Origin: an uncultured bacterium
GTDB taxonomy: Bacteria > Bacillota_I > Bacilli_A > RFN20 > CAG-826
Length of the DNA stretch: 64,000 nt
Assembly: GCA_949297445.1 (NCBI GenBank)
Contig: CASFSS010000014.1
Span: 6,819 to 70,818 of the forward strand
Direction of reading: 5' to 3'
Shown here piece after piece: positions 30,625 to 40,968 of this stretch (position 1 is the stretch's first letter; every line of letters starts with the position of its first letter). The translations under genes and the position numbers were made by a program. A model generated the notes under the pieces. That model saw nothing but the letters and a program-made list of their open reading frames with translations. It did no database searches and was not told the DNA's origin.

Positions 30625-33579
30625 ATGAAAGTAACTAGAACAAAAACAATTATAAAAATTTTGCCTCTCTTATCTTTGCTTTTTGCTTGCGGAATAACAA
30701 TTAATCAAATTACAGCCACAGAAAGCGTCAACGCTTATTCAGTCTCGACGCCTTTACCCACGACGATTAATTTAAACGATTCAAGCGAAAATGAAATAAG
30801 AAACTATTACTCATCGCTAGAAAATTTGCCGCAAAGCGAACGACAAGGAGATAATTTATTAAAAAATCTCAAAACAATCTTAAAAAACGGGCAAAAATAT
30901 TATTCTTACGAAAGCGGAACAGCAATCTGGCAAATGTATGAAATTGTTGACCGCGATTGGAATAAGTCACCCGCTTCTGAAATTGATGGTTATAATTCAA
31001 CAACAAATGTAATTACCGGCTATTCCTATGGAACATCTGTTAGTAGCAATCAAGGAACGAATCCGTATGTGCACGCTTTATATGTCAATCGCGATGTTGA
31101 TAATCAGGTTAGGGCATGGGACAATCACAATAACGGACAATGGTCTATCAATAGAGAACATCTATGGCCAAAATCTCATGGTTTCGATGAAAAGGGATCC
31201 GGTGGCGCTAGAGGCGATATTATGCACCTATGGCCAGGGAATGGCGATATTAATCAGCAGCTTCATAGCAATTATAGTTATGGATTTGTCGATCAATCAT
31301 CTAATCCAAAAACGAGCAGTTATTCCACATTATCCGGCAATTATAGCGGTGTTTCTTTAACGCTTGGAGGCACAACTAATGTTTTCGAACCCCAAGATTG
31401 TGATAAAGGTGATATTGCAAGAGCTCTATTTTATATGGCGGCTAGATACAATTATCTTTCTGAAAGCGATAGTGATGGCATAGATCAAAATAATCCAAAT
31501 CTAAAGTTGGTTCAAAGTATCCAAGACGCTGGTGCTGGTTATACATCATCAACTACAACTATTGGCGAATTAGGAATTATTTCAGATTTGTTAGAATGGA
31601 ATCGACTTGATCCACCGGATGAATTTGAAATTCATCGCAATAATCTTTTATACACTAATTACACAAATAATCGCAATCCATTTATTGATTTCCCTGAATG
31701 GGCTGAGTATATTTGGGGCTCTGCCGATTATAATGATGACCACACTTTTGTTGCTTACGATGAGGCACCGACTGGCTATGCCGTTCCAAGCGATGACACA
31801 TTGAACGATTTTAGTGTCGATTCTTCAACAGGTGGTTCGCTAACAATAAGTGAACAAAATCTTAATTTATCAGCCGGAGAATCCGTTACAATTTCTGCTT
31901 CATCAAGCGATGGCAGTGCAATATCTTGGTCGACCACTAATTCTAATGTTATTTCTTTAAGCTCATTGACATCTTCATCAGGTGCTGCAATAACGATTAA
32001 CGCTCTCCAAATAGGAAACGCTACCATCGAAGCAAAAGCAACGATTGGAGGAACTATTTATACAGCAACTTGCGCTGTTTCTGTTACTGGTGATGGGCAA
32101 ACAACTTGTGAAGACGTGCTTACTTATGAGGTTAATTCTGGTTCTGGATCTTATTCTGCTTGGACATATGAATCAATCGAAACCGGCGCAACATATGCTG
32201 GTTTTTCCTATCCTAATAATAACTACATTCGACTAAGAATTAGCGATAATGCTTCTGGAATTGTTTCTACGAAATCGAGCAGAAACATTGATAGCATTAC
32301 AATAACATGGAATAGTAAAAGTGATGGTAAATCACTAGAAGTTTACGGAAGCAATTCGCCATATTCTAGTCCAAGCGACTTATATGATTCTTCCTTACGT
32401 GGAGAGTTAATTGGTACGCTTTCTTATAGTACGACGCCATCAGTACTTACTTTTGCTAATAATTATAAATATATCGGAATTAAATCTAGTTCGGGTACAA
32501 TTTATCTTGATGAAATAAGAATTGTTTATAAGTCATCATCAAGCAGTACAATAACATCCATTTCTGCTTCAACGAACAAACAATTTTATGTCGGCGAAGT
32601 GATTTCTAGTAGCGATATTGAAGTTGTTGACAATAATGGCAATTCAATTACGAATTTCGTGTTTGCTGATGATGGATATCAATTTGTTTATGATGATGCA
32701 CCTAGTGGTGGTGCATTCGCTAACAAAAGTTTTGATATTTCTTATCAAGACTTTACAACCACTTTAACCGTCGAAGTTGCTAGAAAGGCATATAGTACTC
32801 CTAGTCAAACAACAACTTTATCATCTAGTGAATTTGTGGCATCTAATGTTTCCAAAAATAGTAATACCGCTAGTCCATCAGAGGTGACAATTGGCGGAGT
32901 CGACTTCACTATATCTACCAACGCATATATCTATAATTCTAAGTTTATGTCTTTCGGGAAAGACGAAGGTTATATATATAATAGCAATCCTTTTGATACG
33001 AAGATTTTAGCAGTGAATTATGAAGTTAATACTTCAAACACGCGAACAGATGGCAATACTTATATTAGTAAAGATGGTTCTAGCTGGGTATCTTATTCGC
33101 CTGATTTATGTTTAATAGATAATTATTATTATTTCAAAATCGCATATGAAGGCGTCTCTTCTTATTATTCAAATATTTCTAATATTGAAATTACATTAAG
33201 CGGAAAAGAAACAGCCATTAATGTTGCTAATTACATCATGTACGAAGACTATACAAATCAGTGTCTAACTAAATTTGATATTGCAATTAATTATTTTAAC
33301 AATTTAAATATTGAAGAAAAAACAACCTTTATGACCTCGACTGATTATGCTATCAGCTATGCGAAAGAAAGATTAGAGGCTTGGGCGAAAAATCAAGGAA
33401 AAGAAATAGTCTATTCCGATGGCGATTATATTATTATTTCAAACGCTGCGCTTGAATTTATCGGCGAATCAAAATTAGTTATTCAAATTACTATCATTAT
33501 CGGCTCAATATTAGCATTGTCTGTCGTAATCGTCGGCATGGTTCATACCTATCAAAAACGAAAAAAATCGTCGCATTAA
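30625..33579 (+). CDS. Surface-anchored endonuclease I (Bsn/EndA-like) with Ig-like domains and C-terminal anchor module
   Basis: NREHLWPKSHG, DIMHLWP, FEPQDCDKGDIARALFYMAARY, LEWNRLDPPDEFEIHRNN, NRNPFIDFPEW; signal peptide, C-terminal TM and KRKK. Confidence 0.9.
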   Translation: MKVTRTKTIIKILPLLSLLFACGITINQITATESVNAYSVSTPLPTTINLNDSSENEIRNYYSSLENLPQSERQGDNLLKNLKTILKNGQKYYSYESGTAIWQMYEIVDRDWNKSPASEIDGYNSTTNVITGYSYGTSVSSNQGTNPYVHALYVNRDVDNQVRAWDNHNNGQWSINREHLWPKSHGFDEKGSGGARGDIMHLWPGNGDINQQLHSNYSYGFVDQSSNPKTSSYSTLSGNYSGVSLTLGGTTNVFEPQDCDKGDIARALFYMAARYNYLSESDSDGIDQNNPNLKLVQSIQDAGAGYTSSTTTIGELGIISDLLEWNRLDPPDEFEIHRNNLLYTNYTNNRNPFIDFPEWAEYIWGSADYNDDHTFVAYDEAPTGYAVPSDDTLNDFSVDSSTGGSLTISEQNLNLSAGESVTISASSSDGSAISWSTTNSNVISLSSLTSSSGAAITINALQIGNATIEAKATIGGTIYTATCAVSVTGDGQTTCEDVLTYEVNSGSGSYSAWTYESIETGATYAGFSYPNNNYIRLRISDNASGIVSTKSSRNIDSITITWNSKSDGKSLEVYGSNSPYSSPSDLYDSSLRGELIGTLSYSTTPSVLTFANNYKYIGIKSSSGTIYLDEIRIVYKSSSSSTITSISASTNKQFYVGEVISSSDIEVVDNNGNSITNFVFADDGYQFVYDDAPSGGAFANKSFDISYQDFTTTLTVEVARKAYSTPSQTTTLSSSEFVASNVSKNSNTASPSEVTIGGVDFTISTNAYIYNSKFMSFGKDEGYIYNSNPFDTKILAVNYEVNTSNTRTDGNTYISKDGSSWVSYSPDLCLIDNYYYFKIAYEGVSSYYSNISNIEITLSGKETAINVANYIMYEDYTNQCLTKFDIAINYFNNLNIEEKTTFMTSTDYAISYAKERLEAWAKNQGKEIVYSDGDYIIISNAALEFIGESKLVIQITIIIGSILALSVVIVGMVHTYQKRKKSSH

Positions 33580-33583
33580 AAAT

Positions 33584-33612
33584 TAATAAGCCACTATAAT
33601 AGTGGCTTATTA
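33584..33612. terminator. Bidirectional terminator hairpin between convergent genes
   Basis: Perfect 13 bp inverted repeat TAATAAGCCACTA-TAA-TAGTGGCTTATTA. Confidence 0.8.
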
Positions 33613-33691
33613 TTATAATATTTTTTAATAAAGTTTTTAACTATATAAATTTATTAATTATATTTTGAAAGATAAATTTATTATAACGGCT

Positions 33692-35283
33692 TTAATATAG
33701 TGCTTTTATTCCGATTGTTGTTTTGCCTATTATGAAATCATTCATTCCGCCCCAAATTGTTAACCCACTTGGCTTATAGAAAATGGTCAATTCATTTGTT
33801 TGAAACGAATTTATATTTACACTAGTGCGGAATTCATACGATGCCCAATTTGTGTTTCTTCCATTGCCACCGTGTTCATATGTTGTCTTTCCATATTCTA
33901 CTCCATCTACCAATATCGATATGTGCTGATATCCATCTTCTTCTTCTTTCATATTGAAATACATAACAATTTCATATTTTTGATATCCCTTATCTAGAAG
34001 ATCATTACTATTTAATGTGAATGAAATGGGTTCTTTTACTCCTGAATCAGAGACTCTAATTGTTTGCGAATTAGTTTCTCTAATTACTTTTTCAAAATAG
34101 ATATTATCAGAAATATATTCTTTAATGTAATATTGATTTACTGAACCGATTTTTGCCAACGTTCCATCTCCTAAATGAGACAAACGATACGAAATAGGCA
34201 ATCCAATCATGCTTTGAGAATTATAATCTGAGTTTAATATAGAAACAAATTCGCTTATATTATTTGGATTTAAAAGTGGCATTCCAATGTTTTCGCCGCC
34301 GTAGACAAAATAATTTAATTCCATTTCTGAAGTATCTGTTTTTATTGAAATGTTGTTATTTGTATCGACGAAACTACCAACATTAATTTCAAATTTTTCT
34401 TTAATTTCGCTCATTGTTAAATTTGTCTTTATTGTTATTGCCGCTACACGCCCATATGAAACAGAACTGACATAAGCTGGAACACTATCATTTGGTATGT
34501 TTTCTTGTATCTCGGTCAATGTTGTATCATCAGAAAAAAATCCAAAAGCGCCCTTTGAAAAGTCATAATCTACATCGATTGTATAATATATTTCTTTTAT
34601 CAATAAAATCGCATATGTTAATGATGTTTTGTTGGTAAAATCAAAATTCCCTGCAATTTTTGTTTGGGGTGATAACTTCATCGATGCTCCTAGCGCTACA
34701 CTCAATTCGTTTTGGGATTTAACCTCGCAAAATTCATATGATAAGCGTGCAGGCATGCTTAAATTTTGTTCTTGAAAGGATTTGTTTAATTTCGATATGG
34801 CGTTTCTCAAATTTGATAATGTAACATTTTCAACAACAGTTGATATATCTTCTGCTCCAGTTCCTTCTAAACCCATTGATATTGTAATTGGCGCCCTCTT
34901 TAATTGAATTATTGGTGATAGAATGTTTGTATCATAAGGATTAGATATAAATACAGTTGAACCTGGGAATGTTATGTCGTCATTTGCGCCCCAAGAAATT
35001 ATATCGTTCGTTGATGTCTTAGCGTTTGCCTCTTTATATATTGGGTGATACCCATCTAGTGAATAATTAGTTAATCCATTCGATGTTGCTTCTTCCTCGC
35101 TTATGTCTAAATATTCTATTCCAGATGACATATCTGTGGAAAAAGATTCAGCTAATGAATTATTTGCTTTTAATTGTCTTATATATTGATTAATACTGCT
35201 AGGATCTTTATTTTGCTGGCTACAACCAGTCGCTCCTAATATTAAAAAAGCATTAATGTTAATTTTGTAAGCATATGTCTCAT
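33692..35283 (-). CDS. Thiol-activated cytolysin family / CDC-like (CDCL) pore-forming lipoprotein, frameshifted in signal peptide
   Basis: ITFPGS, RAPITISMGLEG, EIYYTIDVD, PAYVSSVSYGR, FVYGG, GLPISYRL; RBS GGAAGGTG + ATG 35283; one extra T in the T6 run (35244-35249) gives MRHMLTKLTLMLFLILGATG-C. Confidence 0.85.
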
Positions 35284-35423
35284 TTTTTTGCACCTTCCCT
35301 ATTTTTAATATACAATATGCAAATCAAATTTCAATCATTTTATGTCAAAAATAACATTTATAAATATGCTTTTTACCGGGAAACACAAAAAACAATAAAC
35401 TATATGATTTCTTATTTTTAAAA

Positions 35424-37889
35424 TTAGTAGGCTTTATAACCAATCTCGGCAACTCTAGCGATTAATGCCTCTTTAGAAAGATTTTTCCCTTCAATTACAG
35501 CTTCTTTTCTTTCTAAAGAAACATCCACTTTTTCTACATTGCTTACATTTTCTAATGCGGTTTTGACGTGACTAACGCAATGCGGGCACATCATTCCTTC
35601 GATTTTTAGAGTAATTTTTTCCATTTTTATTTTTTTCCTTTCTTTTGTTTGCTTTAGTTTGAAGAAATTTAATGTTAGGGCATTTAAAACGACAAAGACA
35701 CTAGATAGCGACATAGCTAGAGCACTTATCATCGGACTTAATTTAATGCCGAATGAAGGATAGAAGATGCCACTAGCTAAAATGATGCCAATTGAATTAT
35801 AGAAAAATGCCCAAAATAAGTTTCCGATGATAGTATTTAAGGTTCTTTTGCTCAAATCAATGACATTAATAATATCTCTTAAATCATTCCTTCTTAAAAT
35901 AATATCACTTGTTTCTAAGGCAACATCGCTACCCGAGCCAACGGCAATAGCTAAATCAGCTTTTGATAAAGCCAGGGCATCGTTTACGCCATCGCCAACC
36001 ATGGCCACAAGATGCTTTTGATCTTTTTTATATGAGTTAATTATTTCGGCTTTTTCAATCGGCAAAACCTCGGCGTAGACTTCATCAATTCCGGCGTCTT
36101 TAGCAATAGCGGAGGCGACAACGTGATTATCGCCGGTTAACATGACTGTTTTAATGCCACGCTTATGAAGCATTTTAATTGCTTCGATGGACGAAGTTTT
36201 AACTTCGTCTTTGATTGCTAATAGGGCAATTACGGATGTTCCTTGGTTGACAAACAAAACCGTTTTTCCCTCGCTAGATAATTTTTCATATTCGCTTAAA
36301 ATTGATGGATTGATTTTTTTGTTTGTTTTGATGTTACCTATACTATACGTCAGCGCATTATAAGTGGCTTTGACACCAACCCCATCGATTGTTTCAAAAT
36401 TTTCAACATCAAAAAGTTTAGTGTTTTTCTCGCTAAAAAACTTGGTAATAGCCATCGCTAAAGGATGTTCAGATTTATTTTCGATGGCATAAATTATGCT
36501 ATCGATATTTGGATCGTTTTTAAAATTTATATAATCGGTAAGCGAAGGTACCCCGCTGGTAAGTGTTCCGGTTTTATCAAAAATAACCGTTTTGATGCAG
36601 TGGGCTTTTTCTAAAATTTCAGCATTTTTGATAAGTAGGCCATTCCTAGCACCTTTCCCGACGGCGACCATAATGGCGACTGGCGTCGCTAAACCTAGTG
36701 CGCACGGGCAAGCGATAACTAAAGTTGAAATGGCAAAGTTAAAGGCCAAATCAAATGGATATTGAGCAATCAAAAAACCGCAGAACGTTAAAATGGCTAT
36801 TAAAAAGATAGTAGGCACAAAAAATAACGATATTTTATCGGCTAGCTTTGAGATAGGAGCTTTTGAATTAGCTGCTTCTTCCACTAGTTTTATGATTAAA
36901 GCGATATCGGTATTATCGGCGACTTTGTTTGCTTTAACTTTCAAATAACCCGCTTGAACGATGGTGGAAGCGTACACTTTGTCGTTTTCTTTTTTATCGA
37001 GCGGCAAACTTTCGCCCGTAATGTTACTTTCGTTTATGGATGCTTGCCCACTAACAATAATTCCATCTACCGGAATAATCATTCCCTTTTTTACGATAAC
37101 TATATCGTTCACACATAAATCTTTGGTTAACACTTCTTTTTCAACACCGTCTATTTCTAAAATTGCGTTTTTTGGCGTGCTTTCGACAAGTTCTTCTAAT
37201 GCTTTAGTCGTTTTTCTTTTTGACAATTTTTCAAAATATTTTCCCAAACTTACTAAAGTAAGAATCATTGCGGCCGATTCAAAATATAAATTATGAAGAT
37301 AAGTATTAACGATATCGTAATTGGCGTTACCTAAGCCATAGCCGATTTGGTATATGGCATAGATTCCATAGATTATGGAAGCTGTTGCCCCTACCGCAAT
37401 TAAAGAATCCATATTTGGATGCAATTTAAATAGTTTTTGGAAGCCACTAATGAAATAGTGGTTATAAATAATTAAAATCGGGATTGTAAGTAAAAATTGT
37501 GTGAATGCGTATGCTAAAGCGTTGCTTTCGCCCGCCAAAAAAGATGGGAGTGGTAGACCAATCATATGGCCCATTGATACATACATCAATATTAAAAGAA
37601 TAACGAAGGAAACAATCAGCTTGATTAAATCCCAATCTAACTTTTTGTTTTTTGATGACGCAGTTGCTTTATCTTTAGATACATTTTCTAACCGATAGCC
37701 AGCTTTCGCAACAGATTCAGAAATTTTAGATATATTGCATTTGTTTTCATCGTATGTAATTTCCGCATTGTTCAACAAAAGATTAACATTGACATCAATG
37801 ACGCCATCAACTTTTCGTATAGCTTTATCAACATGCGCTTGGCAAGCGGCACATGTCATGCCGCTAATTGGATATTTTTCTTTCTTCAT
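35424..37889 (-). CDS. copA: Copper-translocating P1B-type ATPase
   Basis: GMTCAAC and GMMCPHC HMA domains, TGES, CPCALGLATP, DKTGT, SEHPL, GDGVND, WAFFYN, MSLSS. Confidence 0.95.
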   Translation of the reverse strand: MKKEKYPISGMTCAACQAHVDKAIRKVDGVIDVNVNLLLNNAEITYDENKCNISKISESVAKAGYRLENVSKDKATASSKNKKLDWDLIKLIVSFVILLILMYVSMGHMIGLPLPSFLAGESNALAYAFTQFLLTIPILIIYNHYFISGFQKLFKLHPNMDSLIAVGATASIIYGIYAIYQIGYGLGNANYDIVNTYLHNLYFESAAMILTLVSLGKYFEKLSKRKTTKALEELVESTPKNAILEIDGVEKEVLTKDLCVNDIVIVKKGMIIPVDGIIVSGQASINESNITGESLPLDKKENDKVYASTIVQAGYLKVKANKVADNTDIALIIKLVEEAANSKAPISKLADKISLFFVPTIFLIAILTFCGFLIAQYPFDLAFNFAISTLVIACPCALGLATPVAIMVAVGKGARNGLLIKNAEILEKAHCIKTVIFDKTGTLTSGVPSLTDYINFKNDPNIDSIIYAIENKSEHPLAMAITKFFSEKNTKLFDVENFETIDGVGVKATYNALTYSIGNIKTNKKINPSILSEYEKLSSEGKTVLFVNQGTSVIALLAIKDEVKTSSIEAIKMLHKRGIKTVMLTGDNHVVASAIAKDAGIDEVYAEVLPIEKAEIINSYKKDQKHLVAMVGDGVNDALALSKADLAIAVGSGSDVALETSDIILRRNDLRDIINVIDLSKRTLNTIIGNLFWAFFYNSIGIILASGIFYPSFGIKLSPMISALAMSLSSVFVVLNALTLNFFKLKQTKERKKIKMEKITLKIEGMMCPHCVSHVKTALENVSNVEKVDVSLERKEAVIEGKNLSKEALIARVAEIGYKAY

Positions 37890-38176
37890 TATTGAAACAT
37901 TTTAATTAGGTCAAATAGTTCATCGACCGTGTCTTCTTTGTCGAGTTTAATATCGCGTATAAGACAGGTATGAATATGTCGATTAATCATAACATTTGCT
38001 AGACTTTTAATCGCTTTGTCGACCGCTGATAATTGAATCAAGATATCGGTACAATAACGATCTTCCTCGACCATTTTTTTGATGCCGTTGATTTGACCGC
38101 CCAATTTCGCTAGTCGAATGGTAAGTTCTTTTTTCTCCGCTTCGCTGCGACAAGTCTTTTTATTCTCTAATTCCAT
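37889..38176 (-). CDS. csoR: Copper-sensing repressor
   Basis: GQINGIKKMVEEDRYCTDILIQLSAV...HIHTC (C-H-C), directly upstream of copA. Confidence 0.9.
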   Translation of the reverse strand: MELENKKTCRSEAEKKELTIRLAKLGGQINGIKKMVEEDRYCTDILIQLSAVDKAIKSLANVMINRHIHTCLIRDIKLDKEDTVDELFDLIKMFQ

Positions 38177-38193
38177 AAAAACACCTCGTCTAT

Positions 38194-38222
38194 ATAATAT
38201 GCCCCTATAGGGTATAAATCAA
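38194..38222 (-). promoter_or_regulatory. csoR-copA promoter with CsoR operator
   Basis: Minus strand TTGATT-17 bp-TATTAT with ATACCCTATAGGGGCAT (38199-38215) across the spacer, matching the C/G-tract pseudo-palindromic CsoR operator type. Confidence 0.8.
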
Positions 38223-38282
38223 GGATTGTGATTGGCAATTTATTTTTATTATAAAAAAGAGTATAGTATCTATAGTTTTAGT

Positions 38283-38359
38283 GCGCTTGTAGCTCAGCTG
38301 GAGAGAGCATCTCCCTCCTAAGGAGAGGGTCGGACGTTCGAATCGTCTCAAGCGCGCCA
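38283..38359 (+). tRNA. tRNA-Arg(CCT)
   Basis: Cloverleaf, acceptor GCGCTTG/CAAGCGC, anticodon arm TCTCC-CT-CCT-AA-GGAGA, A20, G73, encoded CCA. Confidence 0.95.
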
Positions 38360-38375
38360 AAGCTAGGGTAGATAT

Positions 38376-39272
38376 ATGTATAATCGTGGTTTATTAATTT
38401 TTAATGCTTTTACCGTCTATAAGTCGATGAGTGATATGATTGCGCGTTTCAAGGAAGAATTCGCTAAATTTAATATTGCGATTGATTGGTTAAAAAATGA
38501 TGAAGTAGTTGCCTATATCGATGAAAACGGGAACGCTAAAAATAATTTACGCGGCTACGATTTTTGCATTTATCTAGACAAAGATTATTTCATTGCCAAA
38601 TTGCTCGAAAAGAGTGGTATGCGCGTCTTTAATAAGAGCGATGCAATTAGGGTCTGCGACGATAAAATGCTTACCCATGTCGCTTTAGTAAATGAAGGTA
38701 TTAAGATGCCAATAACCATTAATTATCCACTACGTTATGGCGATGGCGATGATACGAATTTCCATCAGCGTGTTTTGTCCATATTACAATTTCCACTAAT
38801 AATCAAAGAGTGCTTCGGTTCGCTTGGTGAGCAGGTATATTTAATTAAAAACGAAGAGGAATACTGGCGAATTAGCGCGAAATTACGTCAAAAACCGCAT
38901 ATTTATCAAGAATTTATTGCTTCAAGTTATGGTCATGACTTGCGTCTAGCGTTAGTTAATAAAAAGGTTGTTGCCCATATGTATCGAGAGGCGACCAACG
39001 ATGATTTTCGCTCTAATATTGAAACGGGAGGAATCGGTAAACAAATCGTCGTTCCTGAAGCCTTTTCAAAAATGGCTGAGAAAATTGCTACTATTTTAGA
39101 TCTTGATTATTGTGGTATCGATTTATTGTATGGCTCCAACGATGAACCTATTTTTTGCGAGGTTAATTCAAATGCCTATTTAGGACCAATTGAACTATAC
39201 TCAAAGGTAAATGTTGGCTATGAATACGCGAAACATATTTATAATTTAGTTTATTTAGGGAAAAATGCTTAA
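38376..39272 (+). CDS. RimK/LysX-family ATP-grasp ligase
   Basis: CDDKMLTH, PLIIKECFGSLGEQVYL, YQEFI, DFRSNIETGG, GIDLL, CEVNSN. Confidence 0.9.
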   Translation: MYNRGLLIFNAFTVYKSMSDMIARFKEEFAKFNIAIDWLKNDEVVAYIDENGNAKNNLRGYDFCIYLDKDYFIAKLLEKSGMRVFNKSDAIRVCDDKMLTHVALVNEGIKMPITINYPLRYGDGDDTNFHQRVLSILQFPLIIKECFGSLGEQVYLIKNEEEYWRISAKLRQKPHIYQEFIASSYGHDLRLALVNKKVVAHMYREATNDDFRSNIETGGIGKQIVVPEAFSKMAEKIATILDLDYCGIDLLYGSNDEPIFCEVNSNAYLGPIELYSKVNVGYEYAKHIYNLVYLGKNA

Positions 39273-39364
39273 ATGCAACTGCTAGTTGCGTGAATGAAAA
39301 CTAAAATTGGTGGTGCAACCGCCCATCATTATTTAACAATATTGGTGGCAAGGAGGAAAAAACT

Positions 39365-40261
39365 ATGAATATTGAAATTGCCAATCGCTTAGTTAAGCTT
39401 CGCAAATTAAAAGGCTACTCACAAGAGGAACTCGCCAACAAATTAGGCATCTCTAGACAAGCCGTTTCAAAGTGGGAAAGGGCTGAGGCTTCTCCCGATA
39501 CCGATAATCTTATTTGTCTTGCTAAATTATATAATGTCTCGCTCGATGAATTGTTACAATCTGATCAATCAATCGAGGAAATAGTCGAATCACAAATAGA
39601 TAGTGAAAAAGATAACAGTAATTCTAGCGCAGCCAATAATAGCGATGATGCCGCTAATGAATATAAAGGCGGTGATCAAGTGCATATTGGTCCAACCGGT
39701 ATTCATGTTAAAGACGATGAAGATGAAGTGCACATCGGTTTAACTGGCATCAGCGTTCAATCAAAAGATGGTACCGATGTCCATATTGGCAATCCACCAA
39801 TTTTTGATTTCGATAATATTCGGTCTTCAAAAAGAAAAAAAGCCACGGTCGCAATGCTTTATAGTGTGCTTCCAACCATTGCTTTAATCGTTTATTTCTT
39901 GCTCTCGTTATTATTAGATAATCGTTGGTGGCAGGTCGGCTACACATTTATTATTTTTGCGGTGGCGATTCCTTCCGTATTATCCGCTATATTTGCCAGG
40001 CGTTTTAATCGTGTTAATATTACTCTTTTTGTCTTATCGATTTATTTATTTATCGGTCAATACATGATGGCCTTTTTTGCTAGCAACGATGGATGGATGT
40101 ATTATTGGCCGCTATTTTTGATTATTCCGATTTGGTACATTGTTTTTGGCTATATTGATCGGCATGTGATTACTAGACATGTCGGAAAGAATAAACATGA
40201 CAAAAATGTGGTGGACGCTACTGATATTAAAGAAAGTGAAAGTGGTGAAAAAGAGTCTTAA
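39365..40261 (+). CDS. XRE-family HTH regulator with C-terminal TM domain
   Basis: SQEELANKLGISRQAVSKWERAEASPDTDNL; VHIG repeats; about four TM helices. Confidence 0.88.
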   Translation: MNIEIANRLVKLRKLKGYSQEELANKLGISRQAVSKWERAEASPDTDNLICLAKLYNVSLDELLQSDQSIEEIVESQIDSEKDNSNSSAANNSDDAANEYKGGDQVHIGPTGIHVKDDEDEVHIGLTGISVQSKDGTDVHIGNPPIFDFDNIRSSKRKKATVAMLYSVLPTIALIVYFLLSLLLDNRWWQVGYTFIIFAVAIPSVLSAIFARRFNRVNITLFVLSIYLFIGQYMMAFFASNDGWMYYWPLFLIIPIWYIVFGYIDRHVITRHVGKNKHDKNVVDATDIKESESGEKES

Positions 40262-40836
40262 TTCATTAAATAGACCGCCCCGTACATCATAATTTGTTCG
40301 GCGCTTTCGCTGATTGATGAGATTGGTTCGCTCATCTCATTATTAAACCATTCTTCGATTAAACCGACACAGCCCATTGAAACAAAAGTATAGTATGCAT
40401 CCAGTTTTTTACGCGTCGCGTTAGGAAATTGTTTCGCGTACTTTTTTAAATATTTAATGCGTCCGATATCGACTAATTTTTTGGCAAAATTGCGATCTCC
40501 GCATCCGCCGAAGACCGTCGAACATAAATCGGCATTTTCTTTTACGACCTCAAACATTCGAAAACATATATCTTTGATTGAAACTGTTTCATTTTCTAAT
40601 AGAGTTTGAAGAGCTGTTTCAAAACTCGTAATCATTTCTTCTTCAATCTTATTTAATAAATCATAGACATCAGAATAATAAACATAAAATGTTCCACGAT
40701 TAATTTCGGCGTTTTCACATATTTCGCGAACACTGATTTTTCTAATCGGTTTTGTTTTTAGCAATTCTAAAAATGCTTGGCGAATGAGCATTTTGCTTAA
40801 TCTAGTTCGTTGATCAACTTTCTTTTCTTTAACCAT
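40258..40836 (-). CDS. TetR/AcrR family regulator
   Basis: DQRTRLSKMLIRQAFLELL..KPIRKISVREICENAEINRGTFYVYY. Confidence 0.9.
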   Translation of the reverse strand: MVKEKKVDQRTRLSKMLIRQAFLELLKTKPIRKISVREICENAEINRGTFYVYYSDVYDLLNKIEEEMITSFETALQTLLENETVSIKDICFRMFEVVKENADLCSTVFGGCGDRNFAKKLVDIGRIKYLKKYAKQFPNATRKKLDAYYTFVSMGCVGLIEEWFNNEMSEPISSISESAEQIMMYGAVYLMN

Positions 40837-40968
40837 ATGTTTAATCTCCAACTTCTTTTGATATCTTTATTATAAAAAACATTTTGAAAAATAAACAACA
40901 TGTTGTCCATTATCATACAATATTATTTTATTCTTTTTTAACGTTTGTCGAAGCGGTAGAATATAGAC

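Noticed and set aside
30625-33579. Endonuclease I as part of the nucleoside hydrolase/ribokinase operon
   Set aside because: Separated by a housekeeping glycosyltransferase and intergenic gaps; a nucleic-acid scavenging link is possible but not supported by operon structure.
38283-38359. AGG-to-Met codon reassignment reported for some uncultured Bacilli
   Set aside because: The tRNA(CCT) keeps Arg identity elements A20 and G73, and AGG occurs at positions where Arg fits the motif (EAAR in the permease, HNLRP in the ATPase).
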